From Eledone cirrhosa (lineage: Eukaryota), in the NCBI GenBank assembly GCA_964016885.1, contig OZ024752.1, forward strand, positions 21,886,001 to 21,950,000: a DNA stretch of 64,000 nt, read 5' to 3'. Made by a program: the position numbers and the translations under genes. The notes under the pieces are model-generated. The model made no database searches. It was given only the letters and a program-made list of their open reading frames with translations, and had not been told where the DNA came from. Shown here piece by piece: positions 12,690 to 25,296 of this stretch (position 1 is its first letter; each line of letters begins with the position of its first letter).

Positions 12690-13195
12690 TTGCATCTCTC
12701 TGAGCTTTACTTTACTCCACTCTGAAATCTGTGTCTCCTTGAGGTCCACACCTCCCTAAGCTCTATACCTCTCTCATATCTACACCTCTCTGAAGTTTGC
12801 GCCTCCCTAAGGTCTGTGCCTCCTTGATGTCTACATCTCCCTGAGATCTGCGCCTCCTTAAGGTCTACATTTCCCTGAGCTCTACACCTCTCTGAAGTCT
12901 AGATCTCGCTGATGTCTGTGCTTCCTTCATGTCTACTCCTCTCTCAGCTCTACACCTCTCTGAGATATGCGCCTTCTTGAGCTCTACTCCTCTCTGGGCT
13001 CTACACTTCTCTGAGGTCTTTGCCTCTCTGAGCTCTACAACTCTTTGAGCTCTACAACTCTCTGAGGTCTTCACTTCTCTGAGCTCTACACCTCTCTGAG
13101 CTCTACACCTCTCTGAGCTCTACACCTCTCTAAGCTCTACAACTATCTGAGCTCTACACTTCTCTGAGCTCTACAACTCTCTGAGCTCTATACCT
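12690..13195. repeat. 17-bp minisatellite (gagctctacacctctct), degenerate on the left
   Basis: gag at 13081, 13098, 13115 gives period 17. Confidence 0.9.
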
Positions 13196-13670
13196 GACTG
13201 AGATGTCTTTGATTGCTACCTAGATGGCCTTATTGGTAGCACTGGCTCTGGCTCCAACGACTGAATAAAAGACGTTAAATGTATCCTTCCATTTAAATAC
13301 GATAAAATGTGATTTGAGGAGCATTTGGTTGTTAAATCTAGCAATCATGTAAACGCTTGCTTATCACGTTTATCACTCTAATAGGTGTAAATAATAATAC
13401 ATTCATTTAATAAATAATTGTTTCTACTTGGCACAAGGCCAGCAATTATCCAGTACATTACTGGTACTTTATTTTATCGACCCCGAATGTCTGAAGAACA
13501 TTTCAGAACTAACTCTATCACTAGCGTTATCTATTTTCAAGGGAGATAATTCATAATTACAAAACAAATATTGTAGTTATTTCCCTTAGAATCTATTTTA
13601 ATTAAATGTTGTGAATGTGGGGGGGGGGGGGGAATATTGGATTAAATAGTGTTGTTTTCCTCAAAACTAT

Positions 13671-13904
13671 ATCCCTTTAGCATTAAACCGGCTGTATCCG
13701 GCCAGAATTCTCTCACCTCTTTCTGTTCAAACCAGCCGTAACCGGTCGCTCATACTGATGTTAAGGTATTGTTCTCAAAATAAATAATATCAAAATCTAA
13801 ATTCAATATCATATGAGCTAATTATGTGAGGTAAAGCCTTTACCATGAGAATATAATAGTAAATATCATAGTATATATAGAGTAATGTAAATGCTAAAGG
13901 GTTA
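13671..13904. mobile_element. piggyBac-like MITE copy, opposite orientation to 4929
   Basis: ccctttagcattaaacc ... gtaaatgctaaagggtta. Confidence 0.75.
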
Positions 13905-14309
13905 TTTCAAATATCTCGGATAATCTCTGATGCTGACATTATCAAGTCTATAACGTTCCCCAAACTAATAGGATTAAAGTTCAAGAAACACTTACATTGA
14001 AGTATTACTGACATCTGTGGGAAATTGCTGCTGTTAAACACACACACCATAGACACCATAAAAAAACAGCAGTTCAAATGATTCCCAAAGATTCAATATA
14101 ACCACTGTTTCATGAGGCGACACGGAAGCCATTACGAGTTTGCTAGAAATAGCAGTTAGATCTTCCTCAAATCACAATCGATCAACTTCATAAAGGGCAC
14201 ATTGGATAATGAAGTCCTGGGTTCTCTGCACAAGAGAAAGACAGGACGATCACAGCTGGAGTTTCTTTGATCATAAATCTTGATCCATGCTAACTTGGGG
14301 CTAAATAAC

Positions 14310-14708
14310 GGTTTTCACTTTTGGCACAAGGCCAGCAATTTGAAAGGTGGGGAAAGTCGATTATATTGACCCTAGTACATTACTGATACTTTATTTTATC
14401 AACCCCTTAAGGACGAAAGACAAAGTTAACTTCGGCGGGATTTGAATGTAAAGGGCCATAACTATTTGCTGCAAAGCATGTTCTCTGACGCTCTACCGAT
14501 TTTTCCTCACCCCAAACGGATAAATCTTTCGCCTTTTACCTGGGGCTAAATAATGGTTTCTGATTTAGACACAAAGCCAACAATTTTGGGGGAGGAGAAA
14601 GTCGATTAAATTGACTCCAGTGCATTACTGGTACTGTATTTATCAACCTCGTAGGGATGAAAGACAAAGCTAGCTTCAGCAGACTTTGAACTAATTCTGC
14701 TAATCCAC
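14310..14708 (-). mobile_element. Two SINE family A copies
   Basis: ggcacaaggccagcaatt...tactttattttatc...aaagttaac motifs occur twice. Confidence 0.7.
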
Positions 14709-14867
14709 CCCCCTCCTGGGGCTAAATAATAACAACAACCACAATAACTTTTTTACTATTTTTGTTATGTTTCTTCTAATACTCTTAGGAGGTGTAGGAT
14801 GAGGTTGTAAGAAGCTGAATTTCACAACAGAAATGATAGGTGATATGAAGTACTGGAGAAGACTCCC

Positions 14868-15210
14868 CTTCTTCTTCTCCCACATATTCCTGAGAGGGCC
14901 GTGGGGGCAGAGTCCTCAAACACTTCCTCCAGCGGGTCCTGTCAGAAGCAACCATCTCCAACTGATCCGGCTGGATCCCCGAGACCAGCCAAGCTCATGG
15001 ATGTTATCCAACTATCTTTCTCGGGGTCTACCCCTGGGGGGGGTCTACTTCCGGTTGGTTTTGCCTGCAAAATCTATTCAGTGATTCCTTCCTGTGACAT
15101 TCTAACCGCATGCCCACAGTATCGGAGCTGTTATCTCTCAATTCGGAGAAGTAGTGGCTCTACCTGGAGTGACTCTCTCATCTCCAAGCTCAGCACTTTA
15201 TTGAGTAACA
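14868..15210 (-). mobile_element. RTE-clade (Expander-like) LINE 3' end, subfamily 3, (GAA)n tail
   Basis: Minus strand translates to ESLQVEPLLLRIER*QLRYCGHAVRM...RGRPR...DNIHELGW, a typical RTE C-terminus with stops. Confidence 0.8.
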
Positions 15211-15599
15211 TTACTCCCAAGACATACTCAGTATCGCCCATACCCCTCACCCTGTCAAACCCCACCACATCTGTCATACTCCCAAGACACACACACTTCC
15301 CCCAACATCCATGATACTATACTTGTCATTTACCCCACCCACCCTCACCTATTGTCACATACTCATGATACAGTTATCATCCTTCCCACATCTTATTTCC
15401 CCTCCCCCAGAGATGATTGGCAGTTCTCAGTGTTGGAAATGACCCACCCACTACTGCAAACAGGGCATCCTAAATACTCCTGTTAAGCTCCTCCCACTAT
15501 CCACCACATTTTAAAGCCCCACCCCACACAACTAATTCTAACTTATCCTATTCTAATCCAAATAACTTTTCTCCTTCTTTGTAAATTCTCTGCACCACA

Positions 15600-17497
15600 C
15601 TGCCAACACAATTAGGGGCATCTTGGGTCCTATCAGACACACACCACCCTCTACTGCCAACACAATTAGGGGCATCTTGGGTCCTATCAGACACACACCA
15701 CCCTCTACTGCCAACACAATTAGGGGCATCTTGGGTCCTATCAGACACACACCACCCTCTACTGCCAACACAATTAGGGGCATCTTGGGTCCTATCAGAC
15801 ACAGACCACCCTCTACTGCCAACACAATTAGGGGAATCTTGGGTCCTATCAGACACACACCACCCTCTACTGCCAACACAATTAGGGGCATCTTGGGTCC
15901 TATCAGACTCACACCACCCTCTACTGCCAACACAATTAGGGGCATCTTGGGTCCTATCAGACACACACCACCCTCTACTGCCAACACAATTAGGGGCATC
16001 TTGGGTCCTATCAGACTCACACCACCCTCTACTGCCAACACAATTAGGGGCATCTTGGGTCCTATCAGACACACACCACCCTCTACTGCCAACACAATTA
16101 GGGGAATCTTGGGTCCTATCAGACACAGACCACCCTCTACTGCCAACACAATTAGGGGAATCTTGGGTCCTATCAGACACACACCACCCTCTACTGCCAA
16201 CACAATTAGGGGCATCTTGGGTCCTATCAGACACACACCACCCTCTACTGCCAACACAATTAGGGGCATCTTGGGTCCTATCAGACTCACACCACCCTCT
16301 ACTGCCAACACAATTAGGGGTATCTTGGGGCCTATCAGACACACACCACCCTCTACTGCCAACACAATTAGAGACATCTTGGGTCCTATCAGACTCACAC
16401 CACCTTCTACTGCTAACACAATTAGGGGCATCTTGGGTCCTATCAGACACACACCACCCTCTACTGCCAACACAATTAGGGGTATCTTGGGGCCTATCAG
16501 ACACACACCACCCTCTACTGCCTACATAATTAGGGGCATCTTGGGTCCTATCAGACACACACCACCCTCTACTGCCAACACAATTAGAGACATCTTGGGT
16601 CCTATCAGACTCACACCACCCTCTGCTACCAACACAATTAGGGGCATCTTGGGTCCTATCAGACTCACACCACCCTGTACTGCCAACACAATTAGGGGCA
16701 TCTTGGGTCCTATCAGACATACACCACCCTGTACTGCCAACACAATTAGGGGCATCTTGGGTCCTATCAGACATACACCACCCTGTACTGCCAACACAAT
16801 TAGGGGCATCTTGGGTCCTATCAGACATACACCACCCTGTACTGCCAACACAATTAGGGGCATCTTGGGTCCTATCAGACACTCACCACCCTCTACTGCC
16901 TACATAATTAGGGGTATCTTAGGTCCTATCAGACACACACCACCCTCTACTGCCAACACAATTAGGGGCATCTTGGGTCCTATCAGACACACACCACCCT
17001 CTACTGCCAACACAATTAGGGGCATCTTGGGTCCTATCAGACACACACCACCCTCTACTGCCAACACAATTAGGGGCATCTTGGGTCCTATCAGACACAC
17101 ACCACCCTCTACTGCCAACACAATTAGAGACATCTTGGGTCCTATCAGACACACACCACCCTCTACTGCCAACACAATTAGGGGCATCTTGGGTCCTATC
17201 AGACACACACCACCCTGTACTGCCAACACAATTAGGGGCATCTTGGGTCCTATCAGACACACACCACCCTCTACTGCCAACACAATTAGAGACATCTTGG
17301 GTCCTATCAGACACACACCACCCTCTACTGCCAACACAATTAGGGGCATCTTGGGTCCTATCAGACACACACCACCCTGTACTGCCAACACAATTAGGGG
17401 CATCTTGGGTCCTATCAGACACACACCACCCTCTACTGCCAACACAATTAGGGGCATCTTGGGTCCTATCAGACACACACCACCCTCTACTGCCAAC
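15600..17497. repeat. 54-bp tandem minisatellite, 35 copies, no indels
   Basis: tgccaa at 15601, 15655 ... 17491 (=35x54); unit tgccaacacaattaggggcatcttgggtcctatcagacacacaccaccctctac. Confidence 0.98.
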
Positions 17498-17717
17498 CCA
17501 CCAACTCCAATATTCATTGCTCAATGCTGCCTACTTAAAGAAGGATGTCCTTAATTCTATATTTACCCCTACCCCTAACTGTGTAACTGGGCATCACTCC
17601 TCGTCCCCTAAGGACACATCGAATAACCTCCAGCACTTGTTCTAGCCCCTTTTTCACATTAGTATTTTGAACTATGTCAATAAATACTGACCTATATATA
17701 TCGATATGTAGTTCAAT

Positions 17718-19960
17718 ATGTTGGTGATGGTGTTGATGGTGTTGGTGGTGGTGATGGTGTTGGTGGTGGTGTTGATGTTGATGTCTATAGAGTTGCTGGT
17801 GGTGAGGGTGTTGGTGATGGTGGTGATGGTGGTGGTGATGGTGGTGATGGTGTTGGTGATGGTGGTGATGGTGTTGGTGGTGGTGGTGATGGTGTTGGTG
17901 ATGGTGGTGATGGTGTTGGTGGTGATGGTGTTGGTGGTGGTGGGTGATGGTGGTGGTGATGGTGGTGATGGTGTTGGTGATGGTGGTGATGGTGTTGGTG
18001 GTGATGGTGTTGGTGGTGGTGGGTGATGGTGGTGGTGATGGTGGTGATGGTGTTGGTGATGGTGGTGATGGTGGTGGTGATGGTGGTGATGGTGGTGGGT
18101 GATGGTGGTGGTGATGGTGGTGATGGTGTTGGTGATGGTGGTGATGGTGGTGGTGATGGTGGTGATGGTGTTGGTGATGGTGGTGATGGTGTTGGTGGTG
18201 ATGGTGTTGGTGGTGGTGGGTGATGGTGGTGGTGATGGTGGTGATGGTGTTGGTGATGGTGGTGATGGTGTTGGTGGTGATGGTGTTGGTGGTGGTGGTG
18301 ATGGTGTTGGTGGTGGTGGTGATGCTGTTGGTGGTGGTGGTGATGATGGTGTTGGTGGTGGTGGTGGTGATGGTGTTGGTGATGGTGGTGATGGTGTTGG
18401 TGGTGGTGGTGATGGTGTTGGTGATGGTGGTGATGGTGTTGGTGGTGATGGTGTTGGTGGTGGTGGTGATGATGGTGTTGGTGGTGGTGGTGGTGATGGT
18501 GTTGGTGATGGTGGTGATGGTGGTGGTGATGGTGGTGACGGTGTTGGTGATGGTGGTGATGGTGTTGGTGGTGATGGTGTTGGTGGTGGTGGTGATGCTG
18601 TTGGTGGTGGTGGTGATGATGGTGTTGGTGGTGGTGGTGGTGATGGTGTTGGTGATGGTGGTGATGGTGTTGGTGGTGGTGGTGATGGTGTTGGTGGTGG
18701 TGGTGATGGTATTGGTGTTGGTGATGGTGGTGATGGTGTTGGTGTTGGTGGTGATGGTGTTGGTGGTGGTGGTGATGGTGTTGGTGGTGGTGGTGATGGT
18801 GTTGGTGGTGGTGGTGATGGTGTTGGTGGTGGTGGTGATGTTGATGTCTATAGAGTTGCTGGTGGTGATGGTGTTGGTGATGGTGGTGATGGTGGTGGTG
18901 ATGGTGGTGATGGTGTTGGTGTTGGTGGTGATGGTGTTGGTGATGGTGTTGGTGGTGTTGGTGATGGTGGTGATGGTGGTGGTGATGGTGGTGATGGTGG
19001 TGGTGGTGGTGGTGATGGTCTTGGTGTTGGTGATGGTGGTGATGGTGTTGGTGTTGGTGTTGGTGGTGATGGTGTTGGTGGTGGTGGTGATGGTGGTGGT
19101 GATGGTGGTGATGGTGTTGGTGGTGGTGGTGATGGTGGTGGTGATGGTGGTGATGGTGTTGGTGGTGGTGCTGATGGTGTTGGTGGCGGTGGTGGTGATG
19201 ATGGTGTTGGTGGTGGTGGTGGTGATGGTGTTGGTGGTGATGGTGATGGGGGTGATGGTGTTGGTGATGATGGTGTTGGTGGTGGTGATGGTGTTGATGG
19301 TGTTGGTGATAGTGGTGATGGTGTTGGTGATGGTGATGGTGATGGTGGTGATGGTGGTGATGGTGGTGGTGATGGGGATGGTGTTGGTGATGGTAGTGTT
19401 GGTGATGTTGGTGTTGGTGATGGTGGTGATGGTGTTGGTGATGGTGGTGATGATAGTGGTGTTGGTGATGGTGTTGGTGATGGTGATGGTGATGGTGGTG
19501 ATGGTGTTGGTGATGGTGATGGTGATGGTGATGGTGGTGATGGTGTTGGTGATGGTGTTGGTGATGGTGATGGTGGTGATGGTGTTGGTGATGGTGATGG
19601 TGATGGTGGTGATGGTGATGGTGATGGTGTTGGTGATGGTGATGGTGTTGGTGGTAGTGATGGTGATGGTGTTGGTGGTAGTGATGGTGATGGTGTTGGT
19701 GTTGGTGGTAGTGATATCAGTGGGGTTGATGGTGTTGTTGGTGGTGGTAGTGATGGTGATGGTATTGGTGTTGGTTATGGTGGTGATGGTGTTGGTGGTA
19801 GTGATGGTGTTGGTGTTGGTGGTAGTGATATCAGTGGGGTTGATAGTGTTGGTGGTGGTGTTTATTATGCTGGTTGTGTTGATGGTATTATTGTTGTTGG
19901 TGTTTAGTTGTATAATGGTGTTGCTAGCATTGTTGTTGCAGCTGGTATTGGTGGTGTTTA
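17718..19960. repeat. Compound (GGT/GAT/GTT)n triplet array
   Basis: Direct reading; internal duplicated markers gatgtctatagagttgctgg (~17780, ~18843) and gatatcagtggggttgat (~19713, ~19828). Confidence 0.95.
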
Positions 19961-20235
19961 AAGTAGCCAAGACATGATGCCCCCGCTCCCCCTCACCCAA
20001 CCCCACTACCATTCCACCAGAATTAACTGGTTCATATATTCTTCACAGAAAAGTATTGATATTTTCATAACAACAATAACTTTGATTCTGACAAGTTGTG
20101 TTGCAGCAATCTGTGTCTGTCCCAGATACGGAATCAGTTGAATTGAAGGAATACAGTCAGGGCACAGCTGGAGCTTCTGGAAGTGGAGAGATAGAAGTAT
20201 CCAGCCTCCCCTTCCCTCCGAATAAAACTGTCCAG

Positions 20236-22770
20236 CACACTAACTCCACCACCACCACCATCAACACTAACTCCCCCACCACCACCTCCACCACCATCAA
20301 CACTAACTGCACCACCATCACCTCCCCCACCACCACACTACTATCTATAACTCCACCACCATCAACACTAACTCCACCACCACCATCAACACTAACTCCA
20401 CCACCATCACCACCATCAACACTAACTGCACCACCACCACCTCCACCACCACCACCACCATCAACACTAACTCCCCCACCACCACCTCCACCACCATCAA
20501 CACTAACTGCACCACCATCACCTCCCCCACCACCACACCACTATCTCTAACTCCACCACCACCACCATCACCACCATCAACACTAACTCCACCGCCACCA
20601 CCACCACCACCACCATCAACACTAACTCCACCACCATCACCCCGACCACCACCATCAACACTAACTGCATCACCACCACCTCCACCACCACCACCACCAC
20701 ACCAATATCGTTAACTCCACCACCACCAACACCACCACCATCAACACAAACTCCACCACCACCATCAACACTAACTGCACCACCACCAGCTCCACCACCA
20801 CCACCACACCACTATCACTAAGTCCACCACCACCACCACCATTAACACTAACTCCACCACCTCCAACACCACTATCACTAAATCCACCACCACCACCACC
20901 ATCAACACTAACTCCACCACCACCAGCTCCACCACCACCACCACACCACTATCACTAAGTCCACCACCACCACCACCATTAACACTAACTCCACCACCAC
21001 CACCTCCAACACCACCACCACACCACTATCACTAACTCCACCACCACCACCACCACCACGATCAACACTAACACCACCACCACACCGCTATCACTAACTC
21101 CACGACCACCACCACCATCAACACTAAGTCCACCACCATCACCTCCACCACCACACCACAATCACTAAATCCACCACCACCACCACCATCAACACTAACT
21201 CCACCACCATCACCACCGCCACCATCAACATTAACTCCAGCACCATCACCTCCACCACCACACCACTATCACTAAATCCACCACCACCACCACGACCACC
21301 ACCATCAACATTAACTCCACCACCATCACCTCCACCACCACCACCACACCACTATCACTAACTCCACAACCACCACCACCATCACCACCATCAACACTAA
21401 CTCCACCACCACCACACCACTATCACTAACTCCATAACCACCACCACCCCCATCAACACTAACTCCACCACTATCACAACCACCACCACCACCACACCAC
21501 TATAACTAACTCCACCATCACTACCACCATCAACACTAACTCCACCACCATCACCTCCACCACCACCACCACACCACTATCACTAACTGCACCACCACCA
21601 CCACTATCAACACTAACACCACCACCATCACCTCCACCACAAACCCCACAACAACCACCACAACCACCACCACCATCCCCCACCACAACCCCCACAACAC
21701 CAACCACAAACCCCACAACCCCCACCACAATCTCCACCACAACCCCCACCACAACAACCACCACCACAACCGCCACAACAACCACCACAACACCTACCAC
21801 AACCCCCACCACAACCCTCACAACGACCACAACCCCCAAAGCCACCACCACAACCCCCACAACAACCACCACACCCCACAACAAGCACCACCACAACCCC
21901 CACCACAACCCCCACCACAACCACAACAACAACCACCACCCAACCCCCACAACAACCACCACAACCTCCACCACAACCCCCATAACACTCACAACGACCA
22001 CCACCACAACCCCCTCAACAACCACCACAACCCCAACAACAACCACCACTACAACCCCCATGACAACCCCCCCAAAAAAAACCACCACACCCCATACGAC
22101 AACCCCCACCACAACCACCACAACAACCACCACCACAACCCCCACAACAACCACCTCAACCCCCACAACAACCAGCACCACAACCCCCACAACCCCCACA
22201 ACAACCACCACCACAACCCTCACAACCACCACAACCCCCACAACAACCACCACCACAACCCCCACAACCACCACAACCCTCACCACAACAACCACTACCA
22301 CAACCCTCACAACAACCACCACAACCACCACCACAACCTCCACAACAACCACAACAACCCCCACAACAACCACCACCACAACCCCTACAACCCCCACAAC
22401 AACCACCACAACCCCACCACAACAACCACCACCACAACCCTCACAACAACCACAACAACCACCACCACAATTCCCACAACAACCACCACAACCCCCACAA
22501 CAACCACCACGACAACCCCCACAACAACCACCCCAACCCCCACAACAACCACCACCACAACCCCCACAACAACCACCACAACCCCACCATAACAACCACC
22601 ACCACAACCTCCACAACAACCACAACAACCCCCACAACAACCACCACCACAATCCCCACAACCACCACAACCCCCACAACCACCACCACAACCCCCACAG
22701 CAACGACGACAACCCCCACAACAATCCCTACAACAACCACCATGACAACCACCACAACCAAAAACACATG
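20236..22770. repeat. Compound (CCA/CAA)n array with aacactaactcc sub-units
   Basis: Direct reading; composition switches at ~21640 to acaaccaccacaacccc. Confidence 0.95.
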
Positions 22771-22789
22771 TGATAATATAACCGTAGAT

Positions 22790-22872
22790 ACAGTGTGTAT
22801 GGACCCAACACAGTGTGTATGGACCCAACACAGTGTGTATGGACCCAACACAGTGTGTATGGACCCAACACA
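22790..22872. repeat. 20-bp tandem repeat x4
   Basis: cagtgtgtatggacccaaca repeated exactly. Confidence 0.95.
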
Positions 22873-22917
22873 GCTGATTTCTTTGACAGAGAGCGCAAGT
22901 GAGAAATAGAGAGAAAG

Positions 22918-23047
22918 AAGAAGTGAGAAACAGAGGAAGTGAGACATGAAGGAAATGAGACATGGAGGAAGTGAGACATGGAGGAAGTGAGACATGGAGG
23001 AAGTCAGACATGGAGTGAGACATGGAGGAAGTGAGACATGGAGGAAG
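22918..23047. repeat. 16-bp tandem repeat (gaggaagtgagacatg), ~8 imperfect copies
   Basis: Direct reading. Confidence 0.9.
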
Positions 23048-23394
23048 AATCGATGTCAGTGTTGGATTGGTCCTTCTTTTATTTACCTTGAAAGTGTGAA
23101 AGACAAAGTTAACCTCAGTGGGATTTGAACTCAGAGCACAGAGCACCAGAATGAATACTGCAAAGCATTCTATCTGACATTCTGCCTATTCGCTGTCCCC
23201 TAGATACACTGTGTTTGAATGAAAGATGGGATGGTCATAACTGGAATATCTTTCATCATAGATCTGTTGGATCAGAGCTAACCCGAGGAGGACAAACATA
23301 AATAACAACACCAACAACTACAACAACAATAGCATTAACAACTGAAATATTATGCAAAAGAAATTAAGATATAAAAAAAAATAATTAAGCTTCT

Positions 23395-23595
23395 TTGATC
23401 ATGTATTCCTGGCAGAGTCGTAGAGGAAGAGTCCTGAAACACTCCTTCCAGTGGGCTGGCTGGGTCTCCAAGCAAGACCAGCTGAGCTCATGGATGTTAT
23501 CTTACTCGGGGTCTATCCCTGGGTCTCCTGCTGGCTGGTTTTGCCTGTAAAATCTGTCCAGTGATTCTTTCCTGAGACATTCTAACTCCATGCCA
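23395..23595 (-). mobile_element. RTE 3' fragment (subfamily 3)
   Basis: Matches 14880-15115 (gagctcatggatgttatc, ggttttgcctg, gacattctaac). Confidence 0.7.
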
Positions 23596-23647
23596 CCCCT
23601 CCCCGCAACAAATGAAACTGTTTAAGAAATTGTTTTTGTCATTTATA

Positions 23648-23653
23648 TTTATT
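23648..23653 (-). promoter_or_regulatory. Candidate polyadenylation signal AATAAA for the two-TM gene
   Basis: tttatt on plus, ~130 nt after the stop codon; common by chance in AT-rich DNA. Confidence 0.35.
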
Positions 23654-23784
23654 GAAATAATTTGAATAAAACAAGGAAAGAAATGTGAAAAAGATGGATA
23701 AATAATAAAGATGGGTTCTTTAGGGACCTCAGGAAGTGGGAATGGTTCTCCTGGGTTTGTATTAGTTTAATTTGGTGTCCAATT

Positions 23785-24138
23785 TTATGATATGTCTCCA
23801 GTACAAGGCATGAGTTCTTCTTTCTGTTGCAATATAGATCCATGTCGTGGTGTTCCCCATGGGGAAACTAATTGCACCTGTTCTAGTGGGGAGATTGTTG
23901 CTTTACGCATGCAGCTGAATGTACAACCTGAAATAGTGAGCAAGATTGCCATAAATAAGATGAAAAAACCAAAGATATGTAACCCTCCAAATTTAGGGAA
24001 GCCTGTCTCATCGTAGAAAGGGACTACGGTTATTGCAATGCCAGGGATCATTAAAGGCAAACCAAATATAATGAGACATGGACCCATGATAGTTCCTAGC
24101 TTCTGGAAAGTTATTATACCCTTTCGTTGATTTGGCAT
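23785..24138 (-). CDS. Small two-transmembrane protein (117 aa), TMEM100/PIRT-like
   Basis: Non-repetitive ORF with an AAA-ATG context and an in-frame TGA just upstream. Two hydrophobic helices (GPCLIIFGLPLMIPGIAITVVPFY; LHIFGFFILFMAILLTISGC) flank a short loop and are followed by a basic RK. The pattern resembles TMEM100 as recalled from memory (CIIPF..IAGIVVTAVAY..IFGLVVL). Confidence 0.72.
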   Translation of the reverse strand: MPNQRKGIITFQKLGTIMGPCLIIFGLPLMIPGIAITVVPFYDETGFPKFGGLHIFGFFILFMAILLTISGCTFSCMRKATISPLEQVQLVSPWGTPRHGSILQQKEELMPCTGDIS

Positions 24139-24592
24139 TTTGAAGGGTCAGCTTCAGACGTCAGCGACCAAAAAGACAGATTATTTTTTGTAACCTTTTT
24201 TTCTATTTTTTAAACAATCTATTTTTGACAAATAATTGTAATAGCTTTGTAGATGTTGTTTATGTTGTTAAATCCTTTGCCTTCAATAAGGAGTCACTTT
24301 CAAGGCTTATTTTCACGTGTGTCCAATGTTTTACAGCGGTTCACAGTTATTGTACCAATCCAACTGATGGCTTACAATGGACCAGAGGCATCTGGTCAAC
24401 AGATACCCAGGTGCCGAGATGAACATTGTGTAGTGTGTTAGCTGTCTTTTCTCTTTTTGTTTCAATCTGTTTACACTTCATAGAAAGACTGAGTTAACTT
24501 TTTCATTGCAATCATGGGAGCGTCATAAAAAAATAATATTCTTTTGCTTTGTGATGGTGATTACAGAAAATATGGGATACAATGACGTTAGT

Positions 24593-24593
<1 letters not shown>

Positions 24594-24640
<47 letters not shown>

Positions 24641-24655
24641 ATAGTAGTAGTAGTA

Positions 24656-24690
<35 letters not shown>

Positions 24691-24800
24691 TGTAGTTGTA
24701 GTAGTAATAGTAGTAGTAGTAATAGTAGTAGTAGTAGAAGTAGTAGTAGTAGTAGTAGTTGTAGTTGTAGTAGTAATAGTAGTTGTAGTTGTAGTAGTTG
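24594..24800. repeat. (GTA)n microsatellite
   Basis: Direct reading. Confidence 0.97.
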
Positions 24801-25296
24801 GTGATGCTAGACAAGAGGCTGTCTACTAGATGAGGTTGAATGTTGCACTGAGTTCAGTTGTGTATAGCAACAGCAGAGATGTAACCTAAAAAGAAAAGAA
24901 AAGCGAGAATATTCATGATAGAAATGTAAAAATAAAACATTTTACAGTGGTGAAAATCTAGGGTAAAACGGGACAAGGTGGTTGATATATGGGTAAATTG
25001 CAAGCACACTGTAGCATATGAGAATATACATGAGGGTAAAAATATAGGTAGGATGAGGTCGAGCATAGGCGAAGATACACTTAGATAATTGAAATATGAA
25101 TGTCAGGTAATGATAAAATGCACCCAGTACACTGTGTAAAGTGGTTGTCAATTGGTGACAATATAGGGTTGAGAGGACTTTTCAGGCTTGCCAACGATAT
25201 AACAACCTCTATAGCGTTGGTGCAATGTTAACAGCGCACCTAGTACACTCTGTAAAGTGGTTGACATTAGAAAACGTATCAGTAACACACTGTGAC

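Noticed and set aside
1-17497. Regular 55-bp and 54-bp arrays as possible CRISPR arrays
   Set aside because: Units are contiguous with no unique spacers, there are no cas genes, and the context is eukaryotic
15548-17554. Long 18-aa-repeat ORFs on both strands
   Set aside because: A 54-bp unit open in several frames at once, with no signal peptide or unique domain; best explained as a VNTR
17535-22995. Mucin-like Thr-rich, Gly/Asp-rich, Val-rich and Gly/Cys keratin-associated-like ORFs
   Set aside because: Triplet low-complexity arrays open in most frames, with 1-bp frameshifts (e.g. gggt at ~17942, 18021, 18097, 18218) and no signal peptide
24506-24829. Poly-Tyr / poly-Val ORFs
   Set aside because: Translation of (GTA)n
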